Assembly (NCBI GenBank): GCA_913043225.1
Contig: CAJWLU010000030.1
Span: 1 to 32,970, forward strand
Direction: 5' to 3'
DNA length: 32,970 nucleotides
Source of the DNA: an uncultured Acidobacteriota bacterium
Lineage (GTDB): Bacteria > Acidobacteriota > Vicinamibacteria > Vicinamibacterales > UBA8438
Part shown: positions 32,616 to 32,970 of the stretch, in pieces
Numbering within the stretch: the stretch's first letter is position 1
Layout: the number at the start of each line of letters is the position of its first letter
The notes under the pieces: model-generated
Database searches by the model: none
Told to the model about the DNA's origin: nothing
The model's input: the letters and a program-made list of their open reading frames with translations, nothing else
Translations under genes and position numbers: made by a program

Positions 32616-32970
32616 TGCGGTACGGACTGACATCGGTGGTCGCGCTGGCGATGTTCGCGTCGCTGCAGCCCGCCCAGGCCCAGGATGGAAACGACGGTGT
32701 CGCCGATGGCGGACCGCCGGACTCCGAAGAGGTGGAGCGCTACCGCGCCGTAGAGACCCGCTACACCGAGCGCATGGCGGAGCTGGATGCGGACACGCGC
32801 CGGTTCCTCGGACTGCGCGAGGCGGAGGAGCGCGGCAAGCTCGTCACCGGCTACGATCAGCTCATCGCCACGCTGAGCGAGATGGAGGACGAGGAGATTG
32901 AGGTGTTGCTGGGGGGCCCGGGGCAGAGCGAGCATTTGAAGCAGCGAGTGGGTTTGGAGGACGAGGACGC
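32612..32970 (+). CDS. Partial secreted protein that runs off the window; not in the ORF track
   Basis: ATGA overlap with the upstream stop. [26 protein letters not shown] is a signal peptide with an AQA cleavage site, followed by a helical acidic sequence. The frame is open to the end. Confidence 0.7.

Overview
A GC-rich bacterial chromosomal segment made almost entirely of housekeeping genes. Gene content and order suggest Acidobacteriota, probably Vicinamibacteria-like; this is inference from recognition, not from a search. Gene order: tgt (partial) | ddl, a small Lys/Ala-rich histone-like gene missed by the ORF track, HEAT-repeat/cyclophilin lipoprotein, deoxynucleoside kinase, accD-folC-lptD, rmlA-rmlB-SDR sugar genes, a secreted hypothetical, thiC, glyA-dinG-TPR-yggS, citrate synthase, lepA-lepB, larB, and mutS2-dnaG-rpoD. 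I saw no tRNA, rRNA, CRISPR array or mobile element. The most striking signal is that both window ends are in-frame mosaics. On the left, tgt switches into an amylomaltase (MalQ)-like motif at about nt 58-73. On the right, rpoD switches to a different sigma70 lineage inside region 2.2, then loses region 4 to an unrelated coiled coil, with sharp codon-usage shifts at both points. The simplest reading is chimeric assembly at contig tips, although a real sigma4-less sigma fusion cannot be excluded without reads. Biologically plausible highlights are: pervasive leaderless or short-leader promoters, including a riboswitch-less thiC; a long structured 5' leader in front of the histone-like gene; a degenerate fluoride-riboswitch-like fold upstream of mutS2; and an AccD with eroded conserved motifs.
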